A stretch of 61,065 nt of DNA, the filler included, from Stramenopiles sp. TOSAG23-6 (lineage: Eukaryota): assembly GCA_900128565.1 (NCBI GenBank). It is 16 parts of 16 records of this genome, joined end to end, with 100 filler letters (N's around TTAATTAATTAA, not from the genome) between each part and the next. Parts side by side here need not be neighbours in the genome. Positions count along the whole stretch, not along the records: positions 1 to 3,765 come from LT637387.1; positions 3,866 to 7,613 come from LT637388.1; positions 7,714 to 11,455 come from LT637389.1; positions 11,556 to 15,296 come from LT637390.1; 12 more parts are not named here. One strand, written 5' to 3'. The notes beneath the pieces are model-generated. The model ran no database searches and was not told where the DNA came from. It worked only from the letters and a program-made list of their open reading frames with translations. A program made the translations under genes and the position numbers. Each line of letters starts with the position of its first letter. The stretch's first letter is position 1. Positions 1 through 11,562 of the stretch are shown piece after piece.

Positions 1-169
1 AAATAATAATAAAATCAAAGTATCAAAATTGTCTACATTTTTTTTTTTTTTTTTTTTTTTTTGTAAAAAAAAAAAAAAAATTTTTACCTAAAAATTTTTT
101 TTTTTTTTTCGTAAAAAAAAAAAAAAATTTGTACCTAACAATTTTTTTTGATAATTTTTTTTACAATAT

Positions 170-721
170 ATGTTTAAAAAAGAAACAACGTCAAGTTTTC
201 CAGGAAAATATGGAATTAAAAGATGAACAGGAGCGACTTGAAGGGGAAGTGAAACGCTTGAAAAAAAAACTGTTTAACCCTAACCCTAATGACATATGTT
301 TTATTTTTTTTTTCACAAAAAATCGAATGTTTTTTTTTCGTACGAAATTTTGTACCTAACAAAAAAAATTTTAAAGAAAATTTTGAAATATTTTTCCAAA
401 ATACACGTTGCTACAAAAAAAGGCGTAGAAGGTATAAAATGGTTATCAAAATGTGCAAATGCAGGTAATAGTGAAGCTCAATACGAATTGGGTGATCGTT
501 TTTTTGAAGGTGATGGTATTGAGGAAGATAAACAAGAAGCTATCAAATGGTATCGTCAATCGGCAACTGGAGGAAATCGAGAAGCACAATTCTGGCTAGG
601 TAAATGTTATTGTTTAGGTGATGGTGTTGATGAAGACGAACAAGAAGCTATTAAGTGGTTGACTGAAGCTGCTAATGCTGGCCATCCGGACGCACAAGAA
701 ATGCTTGATGAAGAATTTTAA
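170..721 (+). CDS. Coiled-coil + Sel1-like repeat protein, 3' part (exons ~170-293, 407-721)
   Basis: Sel1 repeats AQYELG..FFEGDGIEEDKQEAIKWY and AQFWLGKCY..GDGV; removing 294-406 joins ...NPND|VATKKG in frame. 5' boundary approximate. Confidence 0.75.
294..406 (+). mobile_element. Introner-like intron, AT-AC ends, flanked by AC/AC duplication
   Basis: gac|ATATGTTTT...TTCGTACGAAATTTTGTACCTAAC...TTTTCCAAAATACAC|gtt; phase-0 join of ORFs 129 and 296. Confidence 0.75.
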
Positions 722-1148
722 ATGTTTTGTATCGTATTTCTCTGATTGAAATTTCATAGTATTTTTGTTATTTTTGATATACAAACAGAATATTCAATAA
801 AACATTTGAAAATATCGTATTACATAGATAAAAATCAACAAAATTGTTTTTTCTTTTTACACTGTTACAATGGTAATTTAAAAAAAAAACAAAGTACAAA
901 TACAAAACTAAAAAACTAAAAAACTAAAAAAGTAAAAAACTAAATCATCAATTTTTTTAATGTTTACAATATTTCATATATTTGAAATTTGTCAAGTAAA
1001 AATACAAAACTAAATTATCAAATGTAAGTAAGAAACAAATTTTTGTTCTCCAAACATTTTCCATCTTTATGTTTTTCTTTTTTTTACGGTCAAATATTAG
1101 TCAAATGTTATTCAAATGTTAGTCAAATGTTATTCAAATGTTTGTAGT

Positions 1149-1799
1149 TTAATCAGACTCATCATCATCATCATCAGACTCATCATCATTTTCTTGAATG
1201 AATGTAATCCATTCCAATGTTTGAACACGTGCTTCCACACGGCCTTTTAAGGTTTCACTTTTATCATCAGACCAATCAACAAATGCCTCTTCAGATATAA
1301 TATCATTATCATACAATGTCATAAAAATCACTTCAATCAATCCTTTCGGAAACTTAATTTCATAACAAAATGATTGAACTGTAAATACACCATTTTTCAT
1401 TGTCTTTTTACAGGATTTTCCAAGAGTACTATATAAAACACGATAAAAGTCTCCACCTTCAGCAATTTCTGAAATAACATTTTCATCATCTTCATTCTTA
1501 GATACCATTGATGCAAAATTACCTTTCGATTTCTTTAGTAAATGTAATAAAACAGCAGTTAAAACATCAACACCACAACTGCCTTTTAATTTTTTACGAA
1601 GTTCCTTATCAACGATTCCTGAAGAGATCAAATCGAAGATTTCAGAGTTGACTGGAATGTTTTCTATCGCATCTGTCACAATTTTCGGAAGTGGAATAAA
1701 ACTGTCCAATAATTCTTTTGCTTTGGTATTTAGTGTAGAACAATCAACATACGATTTAGAAATTATTTCCTTCAAAACATCTTGAAATATTTCTGGTGC
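1149..1799 (-). CDS. Terminal exon with a W2 domain (eIF4G/eIF5/eIF2B-epsilon C-terminal type)
   Basis: LYDNDIISEEAFVDW and LEWITFIQE plus acidic tail; preceded by AAAACAG acceptor at 1800. Confidence 0.7.
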   Translation of the reverse strand, partial: APEIFQDVLKEIISKSYVDCSTLNTKAKELLDSFIPLPKIVTDAIENIPVNSEIFDLISSGIVDKELRKKLKGSCGVDVLTAVLLHLLKKSKGNFASMVSKNEDDENVISEIAEGGDFYRVLYSTLGKSCKKTMKNGVFTVQSFCYEIKFPKGLIEVIFMTLYDNDIISEEAFVDWSDDKSETLKGRVEARVQTLEWITFIQENDDESDDDDDESD

Positions 1800-2199
1800 C
1801 TGTTTTTTGAAAAATATTGTAAAAAACATGTTGTACAGATGAGTTTTTTTTTTTTGAGATTTTTTTTTTTTGAGATTTTTTTTTTTTTGTAGTGGGGAAA
1901 AAAATGTAAACATAAAAAAAATAAATGTTTCAGGCGGAAACAATCAGTCATCCGTAGGTTATCTAGGCCTACATTCAGAGGGCTTGGAATAGAAAGTTTG
2001 TCCTCATTAACATAAATTTGTTAGGTGCAAAAAATTTCGTATGATTTTTTTTTTGATTAGGGTTAGGGTTACGTACATAATATCGCATTCGTTTTTTAGG
2101 CCTTGTACTCCTTGTTGCTGTTCTAGGATCCGTCATTATTTTTTCAGGTGAAAAATCAGATAAACGTCTGTTTTCATCCGAATCATCATCAGTTGACTC

Positions 2200-2301
2200 A
2201 TGTATTATGAAAAATATTTTTTTTGTAATTTTTTTTGTTAGGTACAAAATTTCGTACGAAAAAAAAATGTAGACAAAAAATTGAAAAAAAATAAAACATA
2301 C
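2200..2301 (-). mobile_element. Introner-like intron, GT-AT
   Basis: gat|GTATGTTTT...core...AATACAT|gag gives SSDSSD|ESTDDDSDE. Confidence 0.65.
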
Positions 2302-2655
2302 ATCACTTGAATCACTAGAAGAAGAATTTGACTTATTTTTTTTTGATGTTTTTGATGTTTTTGATGTTTTTGATGTTTTTGATGTTTTTGATGTTGAACG
2401 TTTTGCATTATTATGTAATAGAATATGCTCAAAATCTTTATTTGATTTATTATTTTTTTTGTTTTTTTTTTTGAGATTTTTTTTGAGATTTTTTTTGAGA
2501 TTTTTTTTGAGATTTTGTTTTAGGGCTTGGTGGCGCTGGACGATATATGTATTTTGGAAAAATATTTCAAAAACAAAAAATCGTTAGGTACAAAATTTAC
2601 TATTAAAAAAAAATATTTTTTTAGTAAAAAAAAAAATTGAAAAAAAATAAAACAT

Positions 2656-3700
2656 ATACCAGAGCCCATGAAGTATCTTTTCCAGGTATTAACTTAAAAG
2701 GTTCACCTTTTTTTCTTTTGTGGTAATTATAACGGATACTCATCTTTCCTAATCGCTTAGTTGGCATGAAAAAAATATCTTTATATTCATTACATTGTAT
2801 AGTGTTAAAACCAATTCTGGGATACAAGCCTTTTTCACTTTTAAATTCAAGGATATCATCTTGAAATTGTTTTTTTGAATTACTGACGGAGGCGAAAAGT
2901 TGGAAATGTGTTTTGTAAAAATATTTCGAAAAAAAATTCAAAAAAAATCGTTAGGTACAAAATTTCGTACGAAAAAAAAAACATAAATTCGAAATTGAAA
3001 AAAAAAACAAACATACATTTTGTTTCCAAAAAAACTGTGCCACACTAGCGACACGATCTCTATAGTTTCGTTCATGTGTTCCAATGGATGTATTGTAAAA
3101 CAAATTTAAAAAAAAAAATGTTAGGTACAAAATTTTTTTACCAAAAAAAAAAAAAAATTTGAAAAAAAATTTTGTTAGGTACAAAATTTTTTACCAAAAA
3201 AAAAAAAAATTTGAAAAAAAAAAAAATTTTGAAAAAAAAAAAAAACATACATTCTCCGGATGAAGAACAACAAGAATCGTCAAATGAAATATATTGCTTG
3301 GTAGGTGCAAGTGGTAAATGACCATCATAGTCATCAACAATAATAACTGTTCCTTGTCGAAATCCTGATCCACTCGCATCCAACCCGAGATAAGCACGAG
3401 CATATTTTGTGAAATTTTTTTTTTTTTTTGTAAAAATTGTTAGGTACAGAATTACGTACAAAAAAAAATTTTAAAAAAAAATTTTAAAAAAAATTTTAAA
3501 AATTTTAAAAAAAAATTTAAAAAAAAACATTTTTAAAAAATTGAAAACGTACATCGGCGTAGCTTTCAATAAGCCTACCATTACTACGACTATATACGTA
3601 TAATGACATGGCAGTTTCCTTATTTGTCATATCAAATCCAAAAAATATTCTTAAATTGTAATTCTGTGCAGTATTTGAAAGAGAATTAGTAGCCTCATTT
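2656..3700 (-). CDS. Multi-exon uncharacterised protein fragment, split by introners at 2906-3016, 3088-3250 and 3402-3552
   Basis: Three successive GT-AT removals give one frame: IESYAD|ARAYLG...SSGES|IGTH...WKQN|FQLF. No family recognised; ends approximate. Confidence 0.5.
2906..3016 (-). mobile_element. Introner-like intron, GT-AT
   Basis: aat|GTATGTTTG...core...AAAACACAT|ttc, phase 0 on both sides. Confidence 0.7.
3088..3250 (-). mobile_element. Introner-like intron, GT-AT, with two branch-point cores
   Basis: gaa t|GTATG...AATACAT|cc att, phase 1 on both sides; TTTTGTACCTAAC twice. Confidence 0.7.
3402..3552 (-). mobile_element. Introner-like intron, GT-AT
   Basis: gat|GTACGTTTT...TGTACCTAAC...CAAAATAT|gct. 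Confidence 0.6.
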
Positions 3701-3765
3701 TTGTTTTCGTTTTTTTTTGTATTTTTTGTATTTTTTGTATTTTTTGTATTTTTTGTATTTTTTGT

Positions 3766-3865
3766 NNNNNNNNNNNNNNNNNNNNNNNNNNNNNNNNNNN
3801 NNNNNNNNNTTAATTAATTAANNNNNNNNNNNNNNNNNNNNNNNNNNNNNNNNNNNNNNNNNNNN
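3766..3865. other. Artificial contig linker N-TTAATTAATTAA-N (first of 15, about every 3.8 kb up to ~57312)
   Basis: Identical six-frame-stop 12-mer inside N runs, recurring at near-regular spacing. Confidence 0.97.
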
Positions 3866-3915
3866 CGTACGAAAAAAAATTCGATTTTTTTGTTAAAAAA
3901 AAAAATAAAACATAC

Positions 3916-4792
3916 ATACAGGAGAAGAACGAGGAGCAGACTCTCGTTTGTCTCCATCACGGTCGGACCACGTGAGGTTGTGTCCTCTAATGTCCTTAGT
4001 AGAAGAAACTGTATATACTACGGTTTCTTTGTCTTTATCACCCATCTTCCACTTACCATCATCAAACCAAATCATCTTTTGTGTTTGATGCTGCAGAAAC
4101 GTTTGTTTGTCATATGACAAAGAAACATCAGTTGGACTATATACTCCATTGTAAATCGTCCTGACTGCATTTTTTACTTTAATACCAATTTGTGATATTT
4201 CTTTGAAGGGTAAAGGGTTATTCTCAACATTTATTTCATCTTTTGCATGAGAGTGTGGTTGTGCGCCACCCATGCTGCTTATTACATCTTTTGCATGAGA
4301 GTGTGGTTCGTGAGAGTGTGGTTCGTGAGAGTGTGGTATATGAGAGTTTTCATGAGAATGTACGGTCACGGTACCATCTGGATTAGTGTGCTGGTGATAG
4401 TGCGGGATAGATCTCTTGTGTTTTGCATCGATTTTATGGCGTATCAATAGCACACTAACTGTAACCAAACTTGCAAACAGTAAAAAAACCACAGCTAACA
4501 GAGGTATGATTGTTCTACGCCTGTCGTCTTTAACTTTAACATACTTACCAGAAGATGCCTTTCCAGGTTTATCAGTATTATGAGCTTGGTCGGTATTCTT
4601 CCAAGGGCCGTTCTCTTCAGAGACTTGACCCTCAACGTCAAAACAGAGTGAATCCGCTAAAGATGGGAATCTAGACGAAGAACTACCCGAACTGTCATCT
4701 TCCTTTTTAACCTTCTCAGGATACACTTCCCTAGACGAAGAACTACCCGAACTGACACCTTCCTTTTTAAGATTCTCAGGATACACTTCCAT
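3916..4792 (-). CDS. Single-pass membrane protein with His-rich repeats, 5' exon
   Basis: TM segment IIPLLAVVFLLFASLVTVSVLLI; PHSHE repeats; duplicated VYPE..KKE..SSGSSSSR; ends at an introner donor. Confidence 0.6.
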
Positions 4793-5123
4793 ACCTTGTT
4801 TTCTATGTAAAACAATAAACACAATTTGCGCTGTTCGCTGTGAATGAAAGTTTTCACTGACGGAGACTCTAGAGAGAGTGTGTGAAAGAAGTGTATCTGA
4901 GCACGTGACGACAACTCAGCTGACTCTGTCCGGTAGCAAATTGTTTGATTTGCTACCTTTGCTGCTTAGGTAATATTTCGTGTGAGTGTGTTCTTTTCTT
5001 GAGACAGGTTTGTTCAAGCATTTGTGTGGCCACTGGCCAGTCAACCGACATCTTTTGCGCAAGTCACATTCAATACGTACTCTTGGTGTTGTTGCATTTA
5101 GCTTCATCCCGCAATTCTATATT

Positions 5124-6899
5124 ATGGGCTCTCTTGCATTTGATGAGTATGGCAGACCTTTCATTGTATTGAGAGAACAAGGCCAAAAGCAGCGTTTAAA
5201 AGGTCTTGACGCACAAAAGTCCAACATCTTGGCTGCCCGCATGGTTTCTAACTTACTTCGTACTTCCCTGGGGCCGAAAGGTATGGACAAGATGCTTGTC
5301 TCTCCTCACGGTGACGTTACTATTTCTAATGATGGTGCCACCATTATGAAGAAGATGAATGTAGAACATCAGATTGCTAAATTGATGGTAGAGTTGTCTC
5401 AATCACAAGATGATGAAATTGGTGACGGTACAACGGGAGTAGTCGTACTCGCGGGTGCACTTCTCCACCAAGCATCGAAACTTCTCGATAAAGGTCTTCA
5501 CCCAGTACGTATCGCAGACGGTTTTGAACGCGCCGCAAAGGTCTCTGTGGACCACCTTGACAACATAGCTGATACAGTCATATTTAGCGAGGATAATGTA
5601 CAACCCCTTGTAGAAACTGCCATGACTACGCTTTCTTCCAAGATCGTAAATGTTGAGAAACGTCGGATGGCTCAAATTGCTGTTGACGCAGTCACCAAAG
5701 TTTGTAACTGGGAACGTCGTGACGTCAATTTTGATCTCATCAAGATGCAGATAAAAGTTGGTGGTAAACTTGAAGAGACTTGTTTGATTGATGGTGTTGT
5801 TCTGGACAAAAATTTCTCGCATCCACAGATGCCAAAGGTTGTCAAAGATGCCAAAGTTTGCATTTTAACTTGTCCGTTTGAACCCCCAAAACCAAAAACG
5901 AAGCACAAGTTGGATATTAAAACTGCAGAACAAGTAAGCAATATTTCTATCAGTTATATAAGCAATATTCTCTGTCCAAATACTAACTTTTACTATTTGC
6001 TTACAAATCATTTTCTCTCCCAACACTTTTTTATTTTCTATCCAAATATGTATTCATTCTTTTTATATTCTTCTTATTATTTCCACACTCAACAGTATGA
6101 AGCCCTTCATGAAGTCGAACAAAAATATTTTCTTGAACAAATTAAACGTATCAAAGATGCAGGTTGTAATATGGTATTTTGTCAATGGGGATTTGATGAT
6201 GAAGCAAATCATCTTCTTCTTCAGAATAATCTGCCAGCTGTACGCTGGGTAGGTGGAGTAGAAATTGAACTTCTTGCAATAGCAACAGGTGGTCGTATCG
6301 TACCACGTTTCGCCGAACTCACCGAAGCAAAATTGGGCAAAGCTGGAAGCATCCGTGAAATTGAATTTGGTAATCAGCGTGATCGTATGATGGTCATTGA
6401 GGAATGCGCTAATTCAAAATCTGTAACTGTTTTCATTCGAGGTGGAAACAAAATGATCTGTGATGAAGCACAAAGATCTCTTCATGATGCAATGTGTGTC
6501 GTTCGCAATCTTATCAAGAATAATCGAGTCGTGTACGGAGGTGGTGCAGCTGAAATATCAATGGGAATTGAAGTGGCAAAAGCTGCAGATGCGGAACCAA
6601 GTATGGAACAATATGCGATGCGTGCATTTGCACGAGCATTGGATGATATTCCATTGGCTTTAGCAGAAAACGCAGGCCTTGATCCAATTAAGCACGTTGC
6701 AAAGGTGAGAAAGCAGCAGATAGAGACTAATAACCCTCATCTAGGTATTGATTGTATGGACAGTGGCACTGATGACATGAAGAAGCAGAATGTCATTGAA
6801 ACTCTAATCGGTAAGAAACAACAGATTATGCTTGCCACGCAACTGTGCCGAATGATTCTCAAGATTGATGACATCATTACTCCAACTGGTTATGCATAA
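5124..6899 (+). CDS. CCT5: T-complex protein 1 subunit epsilon (exons 5124-5933, 6096-6899)
   Basis: [65 protein letters not shown]. Confidence 0.97.
   Translation: MGSLAFDEYGRPFIVLREQGQKQRLKGLDAQKSNILAARMVSNLLRTSLGPKGMDKMLVSPHGDVTISNDGATIMKKMNVEHQIAKLMVELSQSQDDEIGDGTTGVVVLAGALLHQASKLLDKGLHPVRIADGFERAAKVSVDHLDNIADTVIFSEDNVQPLVETAMTTLSSKIVNVEKRRMAQIAVDAVTKVCNWERRDVNFDLIKMQIKVGGKLEETCLIDGVVLDKNFSHPQMPKVVKDAKVCILTCPFEPPKPKTKHKLDIKTAEQVSNISISYISNILCPNTNFYYLLTNHFLSQHFFIFYPNMYSFFLYSSYYFHTQQYEALHEVEQKYFLEQIKRIKDAGCNMVFCQWGFDDEANHLLLQNNLPAVRWVGGVEIELLAIATGGRIVPRFAELTEAKLGKAGSIREIEFGNQRDRMMVIEECANSKSVTVFIRGGNKMICDEAQRSLHDAMCVVRNLIKNNRVVYGGGAAEISMGIEVAKAADAEPSMEQYAMRAFARALDDIPLALAENAGLDPIKHVAKVRKQQIETNNPHLGIDCMDSGTDDMKKQNVIETLIGKKQQIMLATQLCRMILKIDDIITPTGYA
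5934..6095 (+). other. Ordinary GT-AG spliceosomal intron, not of the introner family
   Basis: caa|GTAAGC...TACTAAC...CAACAG|tat; 162 nt whose translation is foreign to CCT5. Confidence 0.9.
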
Positions 6900-7475
6900 A
6901 ACATTAAATATTTGCTTCAATCAATGGTATATCTTTAAAGGTGAGAGAGGATCTATTTTCTCAATATCGTATAGAGTGATAATGATCTAATAATTAGAAT
7001 TATTGATTCTAGAATTTTTTTTCATAGCCAATAAATTACATGTACTGTACATATACTACCACTATTATTATTATACATCATCCATTTACTACATATATGT
7101 TACAGTAATTTATTTTGATTATTTTAAAGGGTATCATTAAGCAACTCCACAGGAAATCCCGCGCGTACCAAATAATTTGTAACTGTGTGAAGAGGATACT
7201 GTGCAGAGCAATCTTTCCAAATACATTGAACACATGCATTACTCGCAACTCCAGCTAAGTCATTATTTTTATCTGCTTTCAGTTGATGCAAGTATTGAAA
7301 TTTTTAGTGATTTGGCTGTTTTACTCCAACACTCTTCCGTGAAATATTTAAATATAACTCTTATTGGACCTCATACAGAACGTACATTGGTGAACAAAGA
7401 ATTCACAAATTTATCTGTAATTGGAGTCACTGATGATGCATGTATCCCAAAATTATGTATTCGATACTCTGACAT

Positions 7476-7574
7476 GTACGTTTTTTTCATTATGAATTTC
7501 AAGTTTATTTTTTTAACTACAAAATTTCGTACCTAATAAATTTCAAACTGTAAAACATATTTTTCACAATACAT
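7476..7574 (+). mobile_element. Introner-like intron, GT-AT, in an unidentified ORF (~7201-7613)
   Basis: gac at|GTACGTTTT...TTTCGTACCTAAT...CAATACAT|t ctc. Confidence 0.55.
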
Positions 7575-7800
7575 TCTCCGATATCCTATGAACTACAACC
7601 ACAGAATGCTGTGNNNNNNNNNNNNNNNNNNNNNNNNNNNNNNNNNNNNNNNNNNNNTTAATTAATTAANNNNNNNNNNNNNNNNNNNNNNNNNNNNNNN
7701 NNNNNNNNNNNNNAAATTAATAAATTCGTTTTTGATGGATCTTTTGTGACCACAACACTGTCCACACACACTTCGTGTGTTTACAGAAGTATCTTTTAAA

Positions 7801-10236
7801 ATGGAAGTTTTAGACCAAAATGAACGCAATGCTACATTCGGAGCGACTATATTTCACGACTTAGTAGTAGGAGATAAATCTCAAGTAGTACAAGCTAAAT
7901 CATTACGAAATAATTGCTGGAAAAAAGCTTTCCACAGAATAAAAATGGATAATGTTACAAAAACTCATAAGAACATTTCTGGCAAAAGCAGAAAGAAGCT
8001 TACGAAGAGCTGGAAGAATGTATTTAATAGAGTGAAAATGGCAAATTCAGTAATGCATCAATTTGGACATTCTTCAAAATGGCTTGAACAGTCTAGGGGA
8101 TATCGTCGTGCCAGGGAAAAAAAACGGATGTCTTTATCACTTGACATTGACTGTGCCCAAACAGTTAGTAGTTGTAGTAGTAGCGAAGAAGACACTGAGA
8201 TGAATAGACCAAAAACTAGTGATACGAATACAAAAAGCAAAATACAAAGTTTGAGTAATTTGGGTGTAGATACAAAATCCATACATCGCATACGTCAAAA
8301 AAGGCCATCACTTCGTGCTGAACCGTCGTTTTATTTCGATACTTCAGGAATATTTACACATAATTCAGGTTTCCAGATCTCTCCTCGAGGACTTCGAGAT
8401 TTAGAGATACAAGGAAATTTCAGAGATAACTTTACTAGTAATACCAAAAGCAGTGACTTAATTCAGAAGCAAGATTTAAGTTCAAGTCAATCTTGTACAA
8501 AAAACACTGGAAAAATCAAACGTAAAAATGTTTTTTTATTTGATGAATTTTCTTCATCTCAATACCAGTCAAATACTAATAAGGCCATAAAAGAAGTTAG
8601 TATATATAAAGAGCAAGCTATGCGTCATCAATTACTTGCTGAACTTCGGTCCTTATCCTTTAATATTATATCAGCAGAATCCGTGCAGAAAAACCCATGT
8701 TGGAATTGCAATTTACAATTTGTCAATAGAAGTAGAAAAGTAGTGACTTTTGGTAGACATAAATATTCATCCAGGAGATTTTGTTCTGCCTGTTCAGCGA
8801 TATTTTGTGGATATTGCAAACGTTTTAAAATGAAGCGATTAGGAAAATCTGCACACACTTATATGTTTTATTTCAATTTCGAATTTTGTTTTCGTACGCA
8901 ATTTTGTACCTAACGATGTTTTTTTGAAATATTTTTCCAAAATACATGGATCTGCCTGGATTGTGATGCATCTGCACAACTTCAAATAAATCAAAATAAT
9001 CAGAAAGGAAATGACAAAACAAAATCTTGTATTGATATAGTAAACATTCATGATGTCTTTGTTTCTGGTGGAGCAGCAAAGATTGGTATTGCAATGGAGT
9101 ATATGTCACATGGTTCATTACAAGATTTGATAGATCAGGGGATTTATTTCTCAGAATCGATGTTAACAGTTATTGCACAGCACTGTTTTCGAGCTCTCAA
9201 ATATTTACATACACGAGATCCGCCTCTCATTCACCGTGATATAAAACCTGCTAATGTGTTGCTTAATGCTGCTGGGCAAGTGAAGTTATCTGATTTTGGA
9301 TTAGCAGCCGAATTAAAAGACAAACAAGCTAATATACAAATGAATTCATTGTACAACACAGAATATCAATCTACTGTGACAACTCCTAGAGGTAGTATTT
9401 TCAATAAAGAGTATGTTGGAACAGCTCAGTTTATGTCACCTGAGCGTTTAGATGGACGAGGTGCAGGATGCTCTAGTGATGTATGGTCTATGGGAGCCAC
9501 TTTACTTGCCTGTGGACTCGGGTTTGCTCCTTTTATTGGTAAAAATCATTTTGAATTACAAGAAAGTGTCTGCAAACGAAAACACCCTGAATTATCCGAG
9601 GACTTATTCTCATTGAAATGTCGAGATTTTATTGATTTATGTCTCAAAAAAAATCATAGAAAAAGACCCACAGCGTATCAGCTACTTTTATCTCACCCAT
9701 TTATAGACTCGGCGAGGGTTACTGAGGCAAGGAAGATTGCACTTCCATGGAAATATGGTCAACAAAACAACATGAATAATTTAAGTGAGCAGTCAAAGAA
9801 CGAATTGCTGAAAATTGCAAAAATAGTAGCGGAATTTTATTGTAATAAGTCACTGAAAAATGCTAATACCTCTTCGAATTTTATAGTGGATGAAGAATTT
9901 ACAAATAGTTTTAATCCTCTTCATATATTCGGTCTTGCAGAGCAATTGCTTCTACCTGTTGATGAAGTTCGAACCGCTTTTAATGCAGCTTTTTTAGCCG
10001 AACGTTCTAAACAAAAAAATACACATTGTCAAAGTGACCCCACTGAGAGTAGAAAGGATGCTTACATAAATAATGAATCGACATTAAATAGAAAACAAAA
10101 TAAAACTCGGCAGCGTCGACCTTCAGAGGTTTGGCGAAATATTTTTAATCCGAGGGGATTAAAGTCTACAGCTGGGACTATTCTAAATAGAGGTGTTATT
10201 TCTGCTGGAAGAATGCTTCAAATAATTCGTAAATAA
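7801..10236 (+). CDS. MAP2K/STE7-like kinase with a FYVE-type zinc finger (exons 7801-8860, 8948-10236)
   Basis: AIKEV...RHQLLAELRSL, IAMEYM, HRDIKPAN, LSDFG, VGTAQFMSPER, SDVWSMG; CxxC...CSAC..IFCGYC...WICLDC. Confidence 0.85.
8861..8947 (+). mobile_element. Introner-like intron, AT-AT
   Basis: act t|ATATGTTTT...TTCGTACGCAATTTTGTACCTAAC...CCAAAATACAT|gg restores H-T-W-I-C-L-D-C and removes the stop at 8911-8913. Confidence 0.75.
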
Positions 10237-10304
10237 ACAAGAATCAAAAACAACAAAAATAATTTATAAAGCAAATATTTCGTATTAAATAGATATTTTT
10301 TTAT

Positions 10305-11320
10305 TTATTTTCCATCTACTAGTTCAGCTAATCTTTTGGATCTTATTTTTCTTCGTTCAGTAATAGTTAAATCACTTGAATTAAAACTTGTCCTTCTTCG
10401 CCTTGAGTTTGAACGCAAATCTTCACGTCTGTTACTTCTATTTTTTACATTTACTGTGTCTTTTAATGAACTATTAGGGTTACGATTAAGGTGGGGGTTT
10501 GATTTGGTACTATTTCGAATCATCTCAACATGTATTTTATTTAATTTTGCACTTTGAACTTTCTGATGTAGTGTGAAAAAATATTTTAGAAAAAAAATCG
10601 TTACATACAAAATTTCGTACGAAAACAAATAAACTTTAAATTCATGATGAAAACATACATCCTCGATAAGATCAATACTTAAAACTTGTCTAATGGCGGT
10701 AATCCAATTTTTCATGACCTGCCCGTAATGCATTTTTTGTTCAGCTCCCATTGATGATAAAGGTCTTAATAACCATTTTCTATTTGTTGTATTTAAAATG
10801 TAATGTGAAACATATTTTTTTTTTTGGTTTAAAACATTTTGTTAGGTACAAAATTTTTATAAAAAAAAAATAAATTCGAAATTGGTAAAAAAAAAATAAA
10901 TTCGAAATTGGTAAAAAAATTCAATTTTGAAAACAAACACAAGTTTAGGTCGGACATCCCTCACACTTTTACATTTCGTAGTAGTATTTGGTACCACCCA
11001 GCTATTTCGTCTACTTCCACCAATGTAGTTGTATGCTATATTTTTTGTGTGTTTATCTCTATTCTCCCAATGTAAAATAATTATCCCGTTACCCGGTGCC
11101 TTGACCGTTCCCTGATTTTTCAAAACGTTGACAGAATGTACAAGAAAAATTTCATCATCAAAATTCTCTACCATTTTTTCTCGACAACAAGAATTAGGGT
11201 TAGGGTTTGACACAACATCCTTCGTTTCATTTCCATCTTTTCGTTTTTGCTTAAATCGAACAGAAAATTTGATACTTGGTGATTCAAAAAACGTAGTATC
11301 TTTTACAAGGAATTGCCAGT
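10305..11320 (-). CDS. PH-like domain protein, 3' part (introns 10798-10938, 10566-10658)
   Basis: PKLV-LNTTNRKWLLRP...MKNWITAIRQ resembles a PH C-terminal strand and helix; both family introns are 3n long and in frame. Confidence 0.5.
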
Positions 11321-11562
11321 GTACAAAAATTGTGAAAAATATTTCAAAAAAAAACCATTAGGTACAAAATTTCGTATGAAAAAAAACTTAAATTTGAAAT
11401 CGAAATTAACGATAAAAACATAAAAACATAAAAAAAAAAAAAAAAATTAAATTTTNNNNNNNNNNNNNNNNNNNNNNNNNNNNNNNNNNNNNNNNNNNNT
11501 TAATTAATTAANNNNNNNNNNNNNNNNNNNNNNNNNNNNNNNNNNNNNNNNNNNNTTTAGCT

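Noticed and set aside
294-406. AT-AC ends as U12 minor-spliceosome introns
   Set aside because: No RTATCCTT donor; same body as the GT-AT and GT-AG copies; sliding GT-AT copies to AT-AC fails where the end is TTCAT, ATAT or AAAT
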